A stretch of 61,360 nucleotides of DNA, counting the filler, from Sphacelaria rigidula (taxonomy: Eukaryota), in the NCBI GenBank assembly GCA_964200075.2. It is 3 parts of 3 records of this genome, joined end to end, with 100 filler letters (N's around TTAATTAATTAA, not from the genome) between each part and the next. Parts side by side here need not be neighbours in the genome. Positions count along the whole stretch, not along the records: positions 1 to 20,398 come from CAXNAA020000533.1; positions 20,499 to 40,879 come from CAXNAA020000535.1; positions 40,980 to 61,360 come from CAXNAA020000536.1. One strand, 5' to 3'. The position numbers and the translations under genes are program-made. The first letter of the stretch is position 1, and each line of letters opens with the position of its first letter. Below the pieces are notes generated by a model. The model made no database searches. It was not told where the DNA came from and saw only the letters and a program-made list of their open reading frames with translations. Shown here piece after piece: positions 13,701 through 44,900 of the stretch.

Positions 13701-16700
13701 ATAACATGTGGGCGCACCAGCCGGGGTCACACAGGAGGAGGGCCAACACAGGAGTTATTTCTTCTTTGTTTGTTCTAGTTCTCCACCTTCCTTCCGCGGT
13801 GCTTGCCTTTATTTTTCATCGCGAGAGGGGTTCAGCAGTCCCTTTCACTCGTCGACCATGAAGTCGAATTTTACTCTGTTCCCTCATCAATCGACCTCAC
13901 GGCGTCGTACCTAAGTGGCGCATGAAGTGTCTGACCGCATGCTCCGGTAGCCGTCCCTCTTTTCGTATCAGTGCCCTAAGGTCACCGCCAGCGAGATACT
14001 CCAGAACCAGATAAATATGTCGCTCTGTTTTCTGCTCCGAGGAGCATTTACATGGAAACGAGTGCATGCGAAGATTTACAAATGTTCGAAGTTGAGCAGA
14101 TTGACCTTACGCAAAGCACGGTAGTGCCCAATTTTTCTCAAGTATATCCCATGAAGGCCATCTCTGATCAAATACTGCCCCCTGCACTACAGCCTAATAA
14201 TAATAACAATACCGGTACAGCATCAAGACCAGAGGCTACTGGAGGTGTCACACCTCATGTGCACATTGAAAAAAAAACACCAATCGCCCCTGCCAGCGGC
14301 TGTAGCTGCATAGGTCATTTCGCTCCCAAACGAAACACATGAGCAACCGGAATAATCACGTCACACACCGCTGTTGTGTATCACACAGGGCCAACGCAAA
14401 AACGTTACCGGACCTTGATATCGTAGAGCTCGACGATGTTGCCATGACGATAGGTCTTCAAGATGGAAATCTCCGATTCTAAGTTTTCTTGCAGCTTGCC
14501 CTGTATTTGTCGAACAGAATGCACGCACAAACGATCATGCGCAATAGCACATCAGCGGGGGAAGCCTCAGCAATGTCCACATGACAACATTTTGCGTTTG
14601 TGGCAAGACGGTAAGGCGGCGATGATCAATGTTTTGGAACATGCGCAACACCCCACTTTGTAGCCGAGGGGTAGCCGCGGCCTACCATGTACTGTAAAGA
14701 CCTGCCATCACAGTTCTGGTTGATTGTTTGTCGAAAAATTCGAAGTATTTGCCACGAAAAACGCTGTGGTCAAATATAGACATGACCTAAGCGAATGACG
14801 CAAACCACCAGATTAAGAGGACTCGAAAGACGGGGCTTGTCTGGAAAAACTGGAGACTCGGAACTTCCACATCCCACCTGCATCCGAGCCCGGCTGATGG
14901 CTTTCATGGCGAACTCTCTCCGGGTGTCTCGGTGTCTGGCGAGAAATACCTGACGGAGCACGAGACGGAAAACGGATCAGAAAATTATTATTACTATTTT
15001 TTTCATCATTTCTGTACATTCGCCAGATCTCTCGGAACCGTGGCCTCAGACGTAGGCTCATCTTCCGATACGAGCTGGGCCTTACGCGGACTTGAGCTCT
15101 CAAGGCAATATATCATCGACACCGACGAGTTGGGCCGTGATCCGCGTATCGTATTAATCGTCTCACCAAGGGGAAGGTGCCCATCTGCTCCGAAGTCTGG
15201 GCCGATTCTTTCTCGTCGCACGTGTAAAGTGATTCCTACATCGTACGGAGATAGCGTCCATACTAAGGTCCATATGGAGCCCCGAACGATATATACAACG
15301 GATTACGATTTTAGTGTGGACATTCCCGGGAGCACGGGGAAGTGATCAATACCTTCACCTTCGCCTAACTTATCATTCATCTCGAGATATAGCGCACATA
15401 AGGTTATAGACTGAAATAAATATATTACGAGCTGAGGCACTAAATGCGCTAAATCTGGGCATCTCGTCTCAGTTTTTGAGAATTGAGCTTTGCAATTTCT
15501 TGCGGAGAATCACTAGTTCATGATGAAATCAAGCAGTCAGCCTTCTCTTTGTTCAATTTCTTGATTTTTTTTTGTTTTTTGGGAGAGTTTTAAGGGAAGA
15601 TGGACAATATTGTCGGACCTCATCTCAGTTTTTCAGCTAAACTTTGGAGCTATGATGTGAAAACTTAGCATGGAGAATCGCAAAGGCATGCTGAAGAAAA
15701 ATCTAAATCTAAATCGTCCTCCACTATTTCTTCTTTTTTTGGAGAAGTATGTGCGTTGTCGTGAAAACATCGTCTTCATACTAAAACGTCCTGAAAAAAG
15801 TGAACAAAAGTAAAAATCAACCTGTCTGACTTTATTTGGTTCATTATGGCCTAGATAGGTTCCACACAAAATTTCAACACCGAAGCACCAGACTTGCGCC
15901 GGTAAATGGCCTGCAAAATACTGTTCCAAATTTCGCCCGGCCCGACGTCTAAAACGCCCCGTCTAGGCTCAATTTTGAGAGTTGGACTTACAAATTTGGA
16001 ACGGAGAATCAGTAAGGCATGATGAAATCAAATAAAATCGGGACGGGAAGGTTTTATTCATGACTCAATTAGTGCCATTTTCCTGAAAACTGGGTAGTGA
16101 TTATCGCAATTAACTCATGACACGAATATATTTCCGCCCCGATTTTTTTCACCGTGTTCCCTTCTTTCTCCCGACCAATATGAAAGTCCAACTCTCAAAA
16201 TTGAGCCTAGACGGGACCTGCAAACCACACATTCGCGTCTGGGCCGGCCCAGCCCGTACCATCGTTGCTTTTCCTCAGAAGAGATGGATTTCTCATCGTC
16301 TCTTCTGAGACTCCAGAAAGAACAAAAACCTAACAAACGACATGACACCAAAATAAAAACGAGAAGGGGGGCGTCAAGGAAACAAAACAGAACTAGCGTC
16401 CCCGAGTTCACCGGGGTGAAGTACAAACGAATTTCTTAGATCTGTCAATCCAAGTATCCAGAAGAAAAAGGGAAAGAAGAAGAAAAGACGGAACAGACGA
16501 GATATTAGAATGGTCACCAAGCCGAGGTTCAACTCAACAACCCGGGGCGCCGTTATAGACAAACACCAAAGGTGTTCGAAAGATAACGCAGGCAAAAGGA
16601 GCAACCTAACCCTCGATAATTGGTTGCCAAAGCGCGTTGCTGTCTCTGCGCCTGATAACCGAACACCTGAAGCCACACAGAGCGGGGCGAAACGAGCGAA

Positions 16701-18888
16701 CCCGATAGAATGACGCCACGGGTAAACTGGGAAAATTGACCAAAATATTGAACCTAATTCGCGGAACGGTACGCGCATCACCATATTCACCACATGGGGC
16801 ATTCCGATCCGTGACACGCGGCATTTCACGTCGCGACGCCAAAAACCGGCGCGTGGTTTCATCGCCTGGAGGAACACTTTCCTCTGTGCTGAATACTGTC
16901 TTGAAGCAGATCCCGTGTGCCCGAGGGCTCACGGTCTGTCTCCGTTAGCGTTACGGTTGGGATTGGACTGGGTTGAGGGGAAAGTAAAAACTGGCGTAGG
17001 CAGGCGATCACTATATAGATGAGGCATCAGATCAACCTTGAAGATTGAGGGTCCCTATGCCGTCTGCCCCCGTGAGTGTATATGCATGGCGGGACAGACG
17101 TCGGCTGACGTCAACAGCAACACTGCGTACGTAGCCTATGCAGTCTGCCCAGCGAGTGCGTGTGCATAAAGAGACAAACGTGGGCCGACGTCAAAAAGAG
17201 CAAAACCTCGTTGGTGTAAGAAATCTCCAATGGCGCCGGGCTGGCCGTACTGGGGCACATTTTTCTGGGGGTAAATTGTTCGCGCGGTTGTATCACCCTG
17301 ACAGCACCATGATCACGTACACTTCTCTTGGCCGTCGGCCACTACTGTACGGTGCCGTGCATGACTATCGAAGTCCGTGGGATAGCTCTGGAGTGCATGC
17401 AATACGCAGTGGCAAAAAGAAAGGTACAGTTACAGTTCAAGAAAGATATCGTAACGTACGTACTGCATCAAGACTCGCCGCAAGGTATTAGACCTTTGCC
17501 GGTCTTGCACACTAGGATCAAGTACTTATAAAACCTCGGCGGGGTTTCCACTTCAAAATGATCGCTTTTTGAACAAGACGCATATTTTGTTCAGGAAAAA
17601 AACGCATCAAGGGTAAGGCCTACAACGTAACGGTAGTTATGTTTGGCGCATAGGTGAGGAATCGGGCCGTGGGCTCCTTCCTCCTCTCCCAATACCTTCT
17701 CACCGATCGCACCTAAAATCATCTCATTTGCATAATCTCAATCTTCTTACACATAGGATAACTCTGAGGCAAGTCGTCGCAATTTGTTCTGCCGGTTCTC
17801 GAGTTGTAGTGAACTTCATGGCGAGCTAGCTGTGTGGGTAATGATGCTGGCCGCGTGCTGAGGTACAGTCGATACAAATCGATCTCACTCAAGCAGCGCA
17901 CGGATTCGCGGGTTTCACGAGAGGTACGAGCAATGGCGTAGCGCTGAATACCAAGGGACAACACAAAACATATGGCGTAATACGATCACGCGCGCGCGCG
18001 CGCACACACACACACACACACACATCGCTCACGCCTGACCGGACCAGTACAGCACGTGAACCCCTTTAGTTAAGTCTCCAAGTTTCGTCCAACTGCCATC
18101 TACAGCCAGTGTTGGTGTATCGCACGATGCGTATTACATCCGTTGTAATATTTTTCTTCGATGTTATTTTCTTTCTTTGTTTTTCGTACCTTTACTTGGT
18201 AACTCCCTCCTTCACTACTGTACAAGTACTTGCTTGCCTCGTCCAGGTAGCAGTAGCTTCGTGCACGCGGTACGCGTTGAGCTCAACATCTCACCAGCAA
18301 CAGGAAATATCATCCTCAACATGGGGCCAATGTTCTTATTAGCGACATGCACCGTCTTTTACGCTACAGTAGCAGTGAAGGGTACAGAAGGGTACAGCCG
18401 AGTGACCGCCTGGACAACGGCAGTCAGGGAGAACAGACTCAACAACTTCGAAACGTCCGAGACGGTGACACTTGTCAGTCGCGGAGTATCGGCGACAGCC
18501 GATGCGAAACGACGGGTCAATTGTTTTCGTTATCATGGGGTAAGCCCTATCAAGCTCGCTGCAGGGATGGATAAAGCTTGGATTGGGAAATAACTTGGTG
18601 GTGTATCACCTACCAGCCCATCTACCCTGCTTGTTGCCGTCGTTTAGGACGAGGCGGCATCATGCGCGTAGACGCCAACTTGTATGTGTGACGTGTTTGC
18701 CTATTATAGCACCAACAGTACAGCGATGTTCCGTTGAAGCTCATGGGATGCTCACTAAGATGAAGTAAAATATTTCAATTGGGATACGGCACACCGCTTA
18801 GCGTTGCACACGTAACCACACTTACCGTGGCGAAAGAACCCTCGCCAAGGTGCCCCACCAGATTGAACTCTCCCACTGAACGGCTCAT
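4714..18888 (-). CDS. ATG1: ATG1/ULK-family serine/threonine kinase (autophagy initiation), 12 exons, 1682 aa
   Basis: Exons in transcript order: 18826-18888, 14878-14949, 14414-14500, 13911-14031, 12881-13059, 12322-12435, 9639-12092, 9165-9206, 8695-8896, 7262-8466, 5793-5990, 4714-5025. All introns are GT-AG and phase-compatible; total 5049 nt. Kinase motifs: [70 protein letters not shown]-terminal [10 protein letters not shown] and AALLLETLL helices resemble the ATG1 MIT-like region. Confidence 0.93.
6566..6807. mobile_element. piggyBac-like MITE in ATG1 intron 10
   Basis: ~36-bp imperfect TIRs: CCCTTTTAGAACTGTTGATGGAAAAGTGACGATTTA versus CCCTTTCGGAGCCGTTGATGGAAAAATGACAATTTA. CCCT termini; right flank TTAA, left flank CCAA. 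Confidence 0.72.
12824..12846. repeat. (AT)n microsatellite
   Basis: Read directly from the sequence. Confidence 0.9.
13672..13882 (-). mobile_element. 5'-truncated copy of SINE family 1, in ATG1 intron 4
   Basis: Colinear similarity to 44509-44715 (TTCTGGACGCC, GGGCGCA.CAGCCGGGGTCACACAG, CTCCACCTTCC, TCGCGAGAGG, CTCGTCGAC). No tRNA head. Confidence 0.72.
15071..16256. mobile_element. Non-autonomous TIR element (Tc1/mariner-type MITE), CGAGCTGGGC family, copy C, in ATG1 intron 1
   Basis: TA|CGAGCTGGGCC at left and GGCCCAGCCCG|TA at right. The interior is clearly homologous to 23906-24675. Confidence 0.75.
17989..18024. repeat. Compound (CG)n(CA)n microsatellite
   Basis: Read directly from the sequence. 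Confidence 0.9.
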
Positions 18889-19805
18889 GGCTCCGATCCA
18901 GCGGACGCCTACACGACCCTACGCTTTCGAAAGCTCCGCGGGTTGCTGACTGCTTGAACCAGCTTATCCGAGACACCTGTCCGTCTGTCCCGTTCGAAAA
19001 TCTCCCATTTGCAGCTAAAGACGGTAGATGATGTTGCAGGGAGATGTCGTTGATCGTCTTGAAAATGGCCAAGGCTGTGAGTAGTTAGTAGCTGATGCTG
19101 TGGAGTAGACTGCCATGCACTCGTACTGCTGTATCGTTCTATAGCCTACAGCTTTCGATTGTTGCTGCGTTGTGGTACAGGTTGTCGTGAGCGGTCTTTT
19201 CTTTCTCCGTGGTCTACTAAAACCTTCTTGTGCGCAGGTGTAGGAGGTATTTCTACAGTATGCAAAGGTTTCACGTACACACGAAACAGAGTATACAACC
19301 TACACACTACGGCAGCTATCAAAAAACAACAAACTGTACGATAAGCAGACGGATTTAGTGGGCTGCTTACTTGTAAACTCAACGCAGACACCGAAAATGC
19401 GGAGCACGCTCGGAAGCAGGGAGTGCGACAGCAACTTTCTTCGGTAGGTGATGTCAATGTTCGCGTATACCTTGGCGTTATCTACTCAATCAAACTAATT
19501 AATGGGTTATTTTCCATGCGAAAAGACCTTTGCAAAAATCCTACTAGGAGGAGTATGGTTGGAGTATGTCATGCAAAAAACTTTCGACTTACAACTACCG
19601 GTACGAAGATTATTTGTTCTTGTACATCATTTCTTCAGCTTTACCCTGCACCTGTCTTCCATCCCTGTTGCTTCCATCCCTCTCTCCATTCCTCCCTCTG
19701 CCCATCCCCCCTATACTGAAGCTGTTGTTGTTGTCTCCACGTTATATACCTAGTACAGTCAGTAAAATTGTTGATATTGATCTTGTTCTCAGCAGCAGGC
19801 AGTTA

Positions 19806-19904
19806 GTTGTTGTTGTTGTTGTCGTTGTTGTTGTCGTTGTTGTTGTCGTTGTTGTTGTCGTTGTTGTTGTCGTTGTTGTTGTCGTTGTCGTTGTTGTTGT
19901 TGTT
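19806..19904. repeat. (GTT)n microsatellite with periodic GTC interruptions
   Basis: 33 triplets with a 12-bp higher-order unit GTTGTTGTTGTC. Confidence 0.95.
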
Positions 19905-20056
19905 AAAAGGGTAAAAAAAAAACATAAAATAAAATCGGACATGGAAACAACGAAACAACTCACACGGACGCATGACAAGAGAAAGATGACGATTTTGATT
20001 TGTGTAAGCTATGATACGAATATAAATGATGAGTTCATGTGCCGTACCAATAACAG

Positions 20057-20129
20057 GCTTCTATAGCTCAGCTGGGAGAGCGTAGCACTGAAGTTGCTAA
20101 GGTCACTGGTTCGATCCCGGTTGGAAGCA
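20057..20129 (+). tRNA. tRNA-Phe(GAA)
   Basis: Complete 73-nt cloverleaf: acceptor GCTTCTA/TGGAAGC, D-arm GCTC/GAGC, anticodon stem TAGCA/TGCTA with loop CTGAAGT, T-arm ACTGG-TTCGATC-CCGGT, discriminator A. Confidence 0.96.
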
Positions 20130-20134
20130 TTTTT
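20130..20134 (+). terminator. RNA polymerase III terminator (T5)
   Basis: TTTTT immediately follows the tRNA discriminator base. Confidence 0.75.
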
Positions 20135-20398
20135 GACCACGTTCTTACCCCAGTATATGCCATAGTAGTGTACGAGTATTTTTTTGCTATTACTGTATAT
20201 CATTATTATTACTAAATCTGTCACAATCGCTCGATCTCTCGATTACGTGGTCACAGAGTGCAAGGAGCATATCACAAACAATACCCATAACGAGTATGTA
20301 CGTCGTATTTCATGGGTGCATACAGGTGCCCCGAGCAAAACTGGCTGAAGTGCCTGCGGGATGATTTCCAAGTCTTCGGAGCCACGAACGGTTCCACG

Positions 20399-20498
20399 NN
20401 NNNNNNNNNNNNNNNNNNNNNNNNNNNNNNNNNNNNNNNNNNTTAATTAATTAANNNNNNNNNNNNNNNNNNNNNNNNNNNNNNNNNNNNNNNNNNNN
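20399..20498. other. Assembly spacer (44 N + TTAATTAATTAA + 44 N)
   Basis: Exactly 100 bp, with a six-frame-stop linker at the centre. Confidence 0.97.
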
Positions 20499-20608
20499 TG
20501 AAAGTGTGGAGAAAGTACTGTTTGGGCTCGAACCTCATTTCATGGATGGACCTCATTTTATAGAATCCTCTGTTCAGTCCTGACGCCTTGCGTCGGACAG
20601 CTCATGAT

Positions 20609-21677
20609 CTACCGAAAATAACTATAATAATCGAAGAGGACTCTCGGATCCCTCAACACACGGCGGATGACAGCGGGGTCCGAGAAGCCAAAGCGCCACC
20701 TTTGCGCTACTCTGCGTGCTCGGCGTCCAGCGCGGTAAGTAGCAAATATGAAAAGGGGCAAAGTGAGCTACCAGTAGCTCATGATCCAGATCAGTATACT
20801 AAAAAGAAGGAATTTTTAGGTGGCCCACAAGCTGTCCGAGGTGTGTTGAGTCTTCATGTGTCTTTTACGGCTGGCTGTCCTCGGCATCTACTCTTTGGTG
20901 AAAGGTCGATCAGTGTTACCGTGGTGAGGCTGGCACAACATCGCTCCCCGGCATGGATTCCTGCAGTCTCCGCCACAGCAGCAGCTTGCTATGTTCGCGT
21001 TCCATCACGTCCGCTGCCATCATGTTCTCTGGGCTCCGCGGCCAGGTTGCTGGCGAACAGTAAGGACCACCCGGTGGGACACGCGATAGTGTGCCCACTG
21101 AGCTCTCCAATTCGTCCACCGTTTTGTCTACCCGTAGTTTCAATCCATGTAGCGTTGCGAGTTCCGCATTGTGCTCTCCTTTTCGGTCTTTACAAGCCCT
21201 CCGCAAAAGTGCAGACACTACGGCGGGAGGGTGAACTTGTTGCGAATTGTAAAATCGCAAAGGTGGATCCGCGGCCGTCCCTTCATCGAAGTGCGCCTGT
21301 TGCGTAGGCCTGATGTATTGCAAAGCTCCCCTGTCAGCAACTGTTTGGTTGCAATTGACGGAGCTTCCAAGAGCTCTGAGAATTGTCACTACTCGCCTCC
21401 TTTGCTCACTAATCTCACTAATCACTGCTTGCTTGTCAATAAAACTTTGTACTTCTGGCCATGGAGGTCGGAAGGAGTCGGCCCCGTGGCGTGGTGCGCT
21501 CTCGAGGTCATGGCTGGTGTATAGGGTTCGGAGGAGGAGCAAGTGGGTTGGTAAAAACCAAGCCGCTTCTTGTTGAAGTTGCTGTTGCCCTTGCTGTTGC
21601 CGCTGCGATTGGCGATGCTGATGACTACTCTCTTGCCGGCGCTGCCTTTTGCGGGACGGTTCGCTGGGCTCCAACAT
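20609..21677 (-). CDS. Hypothetical protein, at least two exons (286 aa if it ends at the TAG at 20609)
   Basis: Exon 1 20920-21677 starts at a true ATG, is open for 252 codons and ends CG|GTAAC. Exon 2 starts at 20711 after CGCAG and continues in phase as RVAQRWRFGFSDPAVIRRVLRDPRVLFDYYSYFR. It ends either at a TAG (20609-20611) or at an overlapping GT donor that would splice into the gap. Confidence 0.6.
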
Positions 21678-21954
21678 TGCAGGCGAGACGTTATCTTAAT
21701 CACAAGAGTCAGGAAATGCTGACTACCACTGGAAAGAAAGCCGTCTGCTGGAGACGGCGGATAGATTATGACTACTCGACCCCCCATTTCCCCTACTAAA
21801 CGTTTTAGGTGTCATATCCTACCCACAGAACCGGATCGCCAAGCTGCTCCACATAGAACATACAGCATAAAATCCAAGCTTGTTGCTTCTCAGCGCTACC
21901 CCTGCACGCCACCAACACCCCATCTATCCTACGGTTAGCTAACTCCTTGGAAGG
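21678..21954. promoter_or_regulatory. Probable bidirectional promoter, hypothetical gene / PFP
   Basis: Only 277 bp separate the two divergent ATGs. Inferred from position. Confidence 0.4.
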
Positions 21955-40620
<18,666 letters not shown>

Positions 40621-40879
40621 GTGCGGTTTTCATACTGCACAGGGCTTGTTGGTCGGCTATGTCACTCAAGTGCGCGGCAGTACTGCTGGTTGCTTTGGAT
40701 TGGGTCTGTTGAGGCACGGGTTATTTGTCGATATTTTGGGGGGGAAGAAAATGCCCAACTGGATTATATGCTTGTCGTTCCGAGTCATCCTACGATAGGT
40801 GGGAGGGGTATTTGGTTGCACGAAAAAAGAGGCTCATGAGTGTGTCAGACATCCTTGCACACTTGCGTTGCGCTTGTAT

Positions 40880-40979
40880 NNNNNNNNNNNNNNNNNNNNN
40901 NNNNNNNNNNNNNNNNNNNNNNNTTAATTAATTAANNNNNNNNNNNNNNNNNNNNNNNNNNNNNNNNNNNNNNNNNNNN
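40880..40979. other. Assembly spacer (44 N + TTAATTAATTAA + 44 N)
   Basis: Same structure as the first spacer. The genes on both sides are truncated here. Confidence 0.97.
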
Positions 40980-41901
40980 GGGGGGGCGGGGGGGGGGAGC
41001 GCGAGGAGTCCACACTTGATGATTTTGGATCATGGCACATATTAATGCAAATGGTTCCGAAATAAAGTTTTTTTTTTTTTCTGCCTTTTCCCGGCTCTTA
41101 CCGCGGGTCAGCGTACGATATCTGACCGAACCTCATATCAACGTGTCCGGAAGGGCAATACCGAGGTTGTCACTAGCGTGACCAGCGTGATGGATTGATT
41201 GGGATCTCTATTTTCCTGTTATTCGGCGTCAAGAAAATAATCCGATGTGGCTTTATTCACCATTTTCACGGATGACTTGATGTTAGAGGCCCGAATCGAA
41301 GATAAAATACCTTCTATTTGCATGATGCTTCCGGATACGAGTTAAAAATTTAAGGTCAACACTCGAGAGTTAATGCTAGGAAAAGTTCTGTTGAAATAAC
41401 CCAATATTTCTTGGGCGAACGAGCTGGTATTCTTCCGTAAGGACGGAAAGCGAACTTCCCACGACGTACACCATACATGTCTCTGGAATAGAAGCACACC
41501 ACATATTCAACGGCTAGGACTTCAAGTCATCGGAGTTTCGAATATAATCGTGAAAGTCGAACCTGAGCTGTCATGTTTCGAATGTAGTCGTACAGGTCGA
41601 CTCTGAGTCGCCGTCGTCATTATCCAAGTTGAATCCGATGTGTCGACTCTGAGTCTTCCACCACTTGTTGAATTCAGCATCATGGGTGGAAAATCACGGG
41701 TGAAGAATGTTGACACGTGTGAAACATACATTTTCCTGCAGGGCACTTACAGCAAAAACGTTTAAATCTCGAGGTGCATTGCGGGGCAGACTTGTCACGT
41801 CCGAACATGCTTCAGACGCAGTCTCACTTGTTTTGTGAAGCACTACTGTTGTCTCCTCCGTAACATACCAATCACACGTTCAACTGGGACATCACACATA
41901 C

Positions 41902-44900
41902 CTGAAGCCCTGCCAGACGAAACGCTTCCACAGTAGCGCCTCGTTGGCGTTGGTCAAACTTTGCGGGAACAGCGATGACTGCCTTGTTCACTTGCTTGTG
42001 CCCAAGATAATCAGCGGCCCATTTGAGCAGGTGGCGCAGGACGTGCGAGCCTACAGTCTGCGGGGATACAGCACCAGGATGCCCTGAGCGCCTAACATGA
42101 AAAATGAAGATAACAACACATTCCATGTTTTGGGCATCAAAATTGGCTACCGAGGTAAGAATGCTTGCATTGCCAGACGAACACCACTATGGGTCATCAA
42201 CGCTCAATATAGTACATTCAATCCGTGAAGGTGCTGACCCCCTGCAGGGCACCAGCTTATGGTTGAGCATGGCCGCAACACCATTGTCACGCTCTGCCAA
42301 ACTCGTCTATTAACTCATGCACGAAAGTTACCTGTAGGTACCGCGCCCCCCGCACTCACTTCAGTTCGAAAAACGCCTCCGATAGATCATCTTGTGTGCG
42401 GACCAACTTGAATTGATGCTCCGCTGCTTCCTCAGACACCGCGTCATCGGAGAACCTGAGAGCGCACCAACAACGAGCACGAAGATGCTCATATGTTAAT
42501 CCCGTATACGACAGGGTTGCACATAGTGGCTGTTTATGAGGTTGCGCAGACTGATGGTTGGGATGCACACTACTCGTACGAAAAAAGAGCAATGTAGGAG
42601 GCATAGAAAATCCATCTACGCACGTCTCTCATGTGGCTACGGTACGGCAAGACATCGTACAGCAGCTACCAGAGGTAACGGATGACCGGCCCGCCCAAGT
42701 AAAAATTACGTGGAAGAGTACTTACGCTCTGCCGATGAAACGCTTCGCGCCGTAGATGGTGCTTGCGGGGTCGCTTTCCAGAAACTGGATGGCGTCGTGG
42801 CCAACCTCCACGAGTCCATCGTCGAGAAACGACACCACCGAAGGAAGCAGAGGATTTCCGTTCGGTCCAGATATTATTGTCACCTTTCCGCCCTGGAGAA
42901 ATACAGCGTCGCGAATCGCAGCGAACATTCAAATAAACAAGTCTTGGACCGGAAAATTCTACTCATACCACTTGCGTCTCACGTTTTGAGTCAACCTCGT
43001 GTGACGCAATATATAAACAACACGCTTCTAGCTGGCAATTTTTTCGTGTATATTTATCTGCAAATGAATATGTTCGCAGATGTAGCAATGACGCGTGCAC
43101 GACATACTGTCTGCATTTCCCACAAAGCTGGTGTTTCACCCTAGGCTGGACGAAGAACGCGGCAAGAAGAGGCGTGTGCTGGTCGACCTTTACACTAAAT
43201 AAAAACATTTTCATCGGTTTACTACCTTCGCTGGCAATCTGTCGCCCCTCTTTTTCAATTCAATCGATTTTGGGGTGAAGCGCATCAAGTCTATTACAGG
43301 CAATCGCTACCGCTCGCAGGCGACAAAACAAACGTGATTCATATTGATATCGGCAATTGAGGCAGCACCACCGCGGACACAAGGTTTTGCGTGTATATCT
43401 CTGTGATTTGCTGTACTCAGGTACGAAGCTCTTCCCGCTCAGGAGACGCAGCGGGACACGAGTACTATAATCGATTCCTCGAGGTCGGCACGCAGTCGTC
43501 TGCTAAACCTGGGTATCGTAGAGCCACCGTTAGCATGCGGAATAAGGGGACCAGCTGCAGATAGAAAGTCCTCAAGGTTTCCCGACTAGATGAATCCAAA
43601 AGTTCAGTTTACCCAACCAGAATGCCAACAGGTATGCTTTGTATGTATCACCTCGTGTGCTACTTCCATTGTGTTGTGCTGTGTCCCCAATTTGCTTCGA
43701 GTTACTGGCACCACAAACCACACCGAATACCATTCCGCAGGGACTTCGTCAGACACCAACTTGATTAGTGTCGTGGGCTATATAAGATGTGCACGGCTTG
43801 ATTGCACGTTGTACGCCTAGTTCTCGACACGTTTTTGCAGCGCTGTTGTGCATCGGACACGCATCTATTTATAGTCATGGATCGTATCACCTTGACACCT
43901 TGACAATTGATGCAGCGTTGTGTATTTGGAGGCACAAGTGAGGGTAACAAATGAGACTAAGTGCGCGTAACACTGCCCACAACAAGCCACGCTAGTATCA
44001 CCCTGTCGGTCATGATCCGCCACTATTGTATCTGTCGGGTGTTACGCACTCACTTTACTCGTGTATCGTGCTAATCGCAGCTCCCATGCTACAAGCAATG
44101 AACCCTGCTTCGTTCTTGGTGGATCGGGACAATTTCACCGCGTTTGCGCTTGGTTTCCGAGCCTGTGGTCATGTCTATTTTTACTGGGAATTTGATGGGC
44201 CAAACGAGGTCAAATGTTACAACTACAACAACGTCAGAAATCCGTTCAAATAGCGCAGTGCGAAATAGCTGCGGAGAGGTTGCCTGTACACTGACACCAC
44301 TCGATTGCTCCCGTATGTGGAGTGTACGCCCACATACATCTTTCCTCCGTTCTGTGGTAAGCGCAAGTATTTCGACAAAATTGGTCCATGACAGACAAGA
44401 GGGACACAAGAATTGACGGCAGTGGCGGGTGGGATGCTCCCTTAGCTGCCGACCACCCAGACTACACAGGCAAACGGTGTGTGTTTGTGTGTGTTGTCAT
44501 CCCATCTATTCTGGACGCCAGTCTACACCTGTCGGTATATGTGGGCGCATCAGCCGGGGTCACACAGAAGGAAGGTCAACAGAGGATTTTTTTTTGTTTT
44601 GTTTGGTTTTAGTACTCCACCTTCCTCCTGCGGTGCTTACCTTGTTTTTTTGTCGCGAGAGGAGTCCAGCGGTCCCTTTCCCTCGTCGACTGTTGAGTCG
44701 ATTTTTTGTGTTTCCATGACGTACTCGCTCTCTACTGTTGAGCATGGTGTGGGAAAAAATCCCAGATCGTGTGACTGCACCGAGATTCGAACCCACGACC
44801 CAACCGTTAGAAGGTTACGAGGTTGCCGACTGAGCCACCGAGGAGACCGGCTGGGCGGTACTGTATTGTATTGTACTGCGCTGTTGGGAGTATTCGAGGG

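Noticed and set aside
14932..15345. ORF apparently conserved with the region near 23940-24180
   Set aside because: The similarity is explained by the shared MITE; the second copy has stops and there is no clear third-position bias.
19566..20066. Poly-Val ORF and antisense poly-Thr ORF
   Set aside because: Both are translations of the (GTT)n microsatellite.
20443..20454. TTAATTAATTAA palindrome, repeated at 40924-40935
   Set aside because: It is centred in 100-bp N blocks, so it is an artificial six-frame-stop linker.
20588..21307. 239-aa plus-strand ORF as an upstream PFP exon
   Set aside because: It has a non-ATG start and overlaps the better-supported minus-strand gene; PFP already has a plausible start at 21955.
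44770..44851. Possible tRNA gene
   Set aside because: A and B boxes are present but the acceptor and anticodon stems do not close, and it is attached to a repeated body. Called as a SINE head instead.
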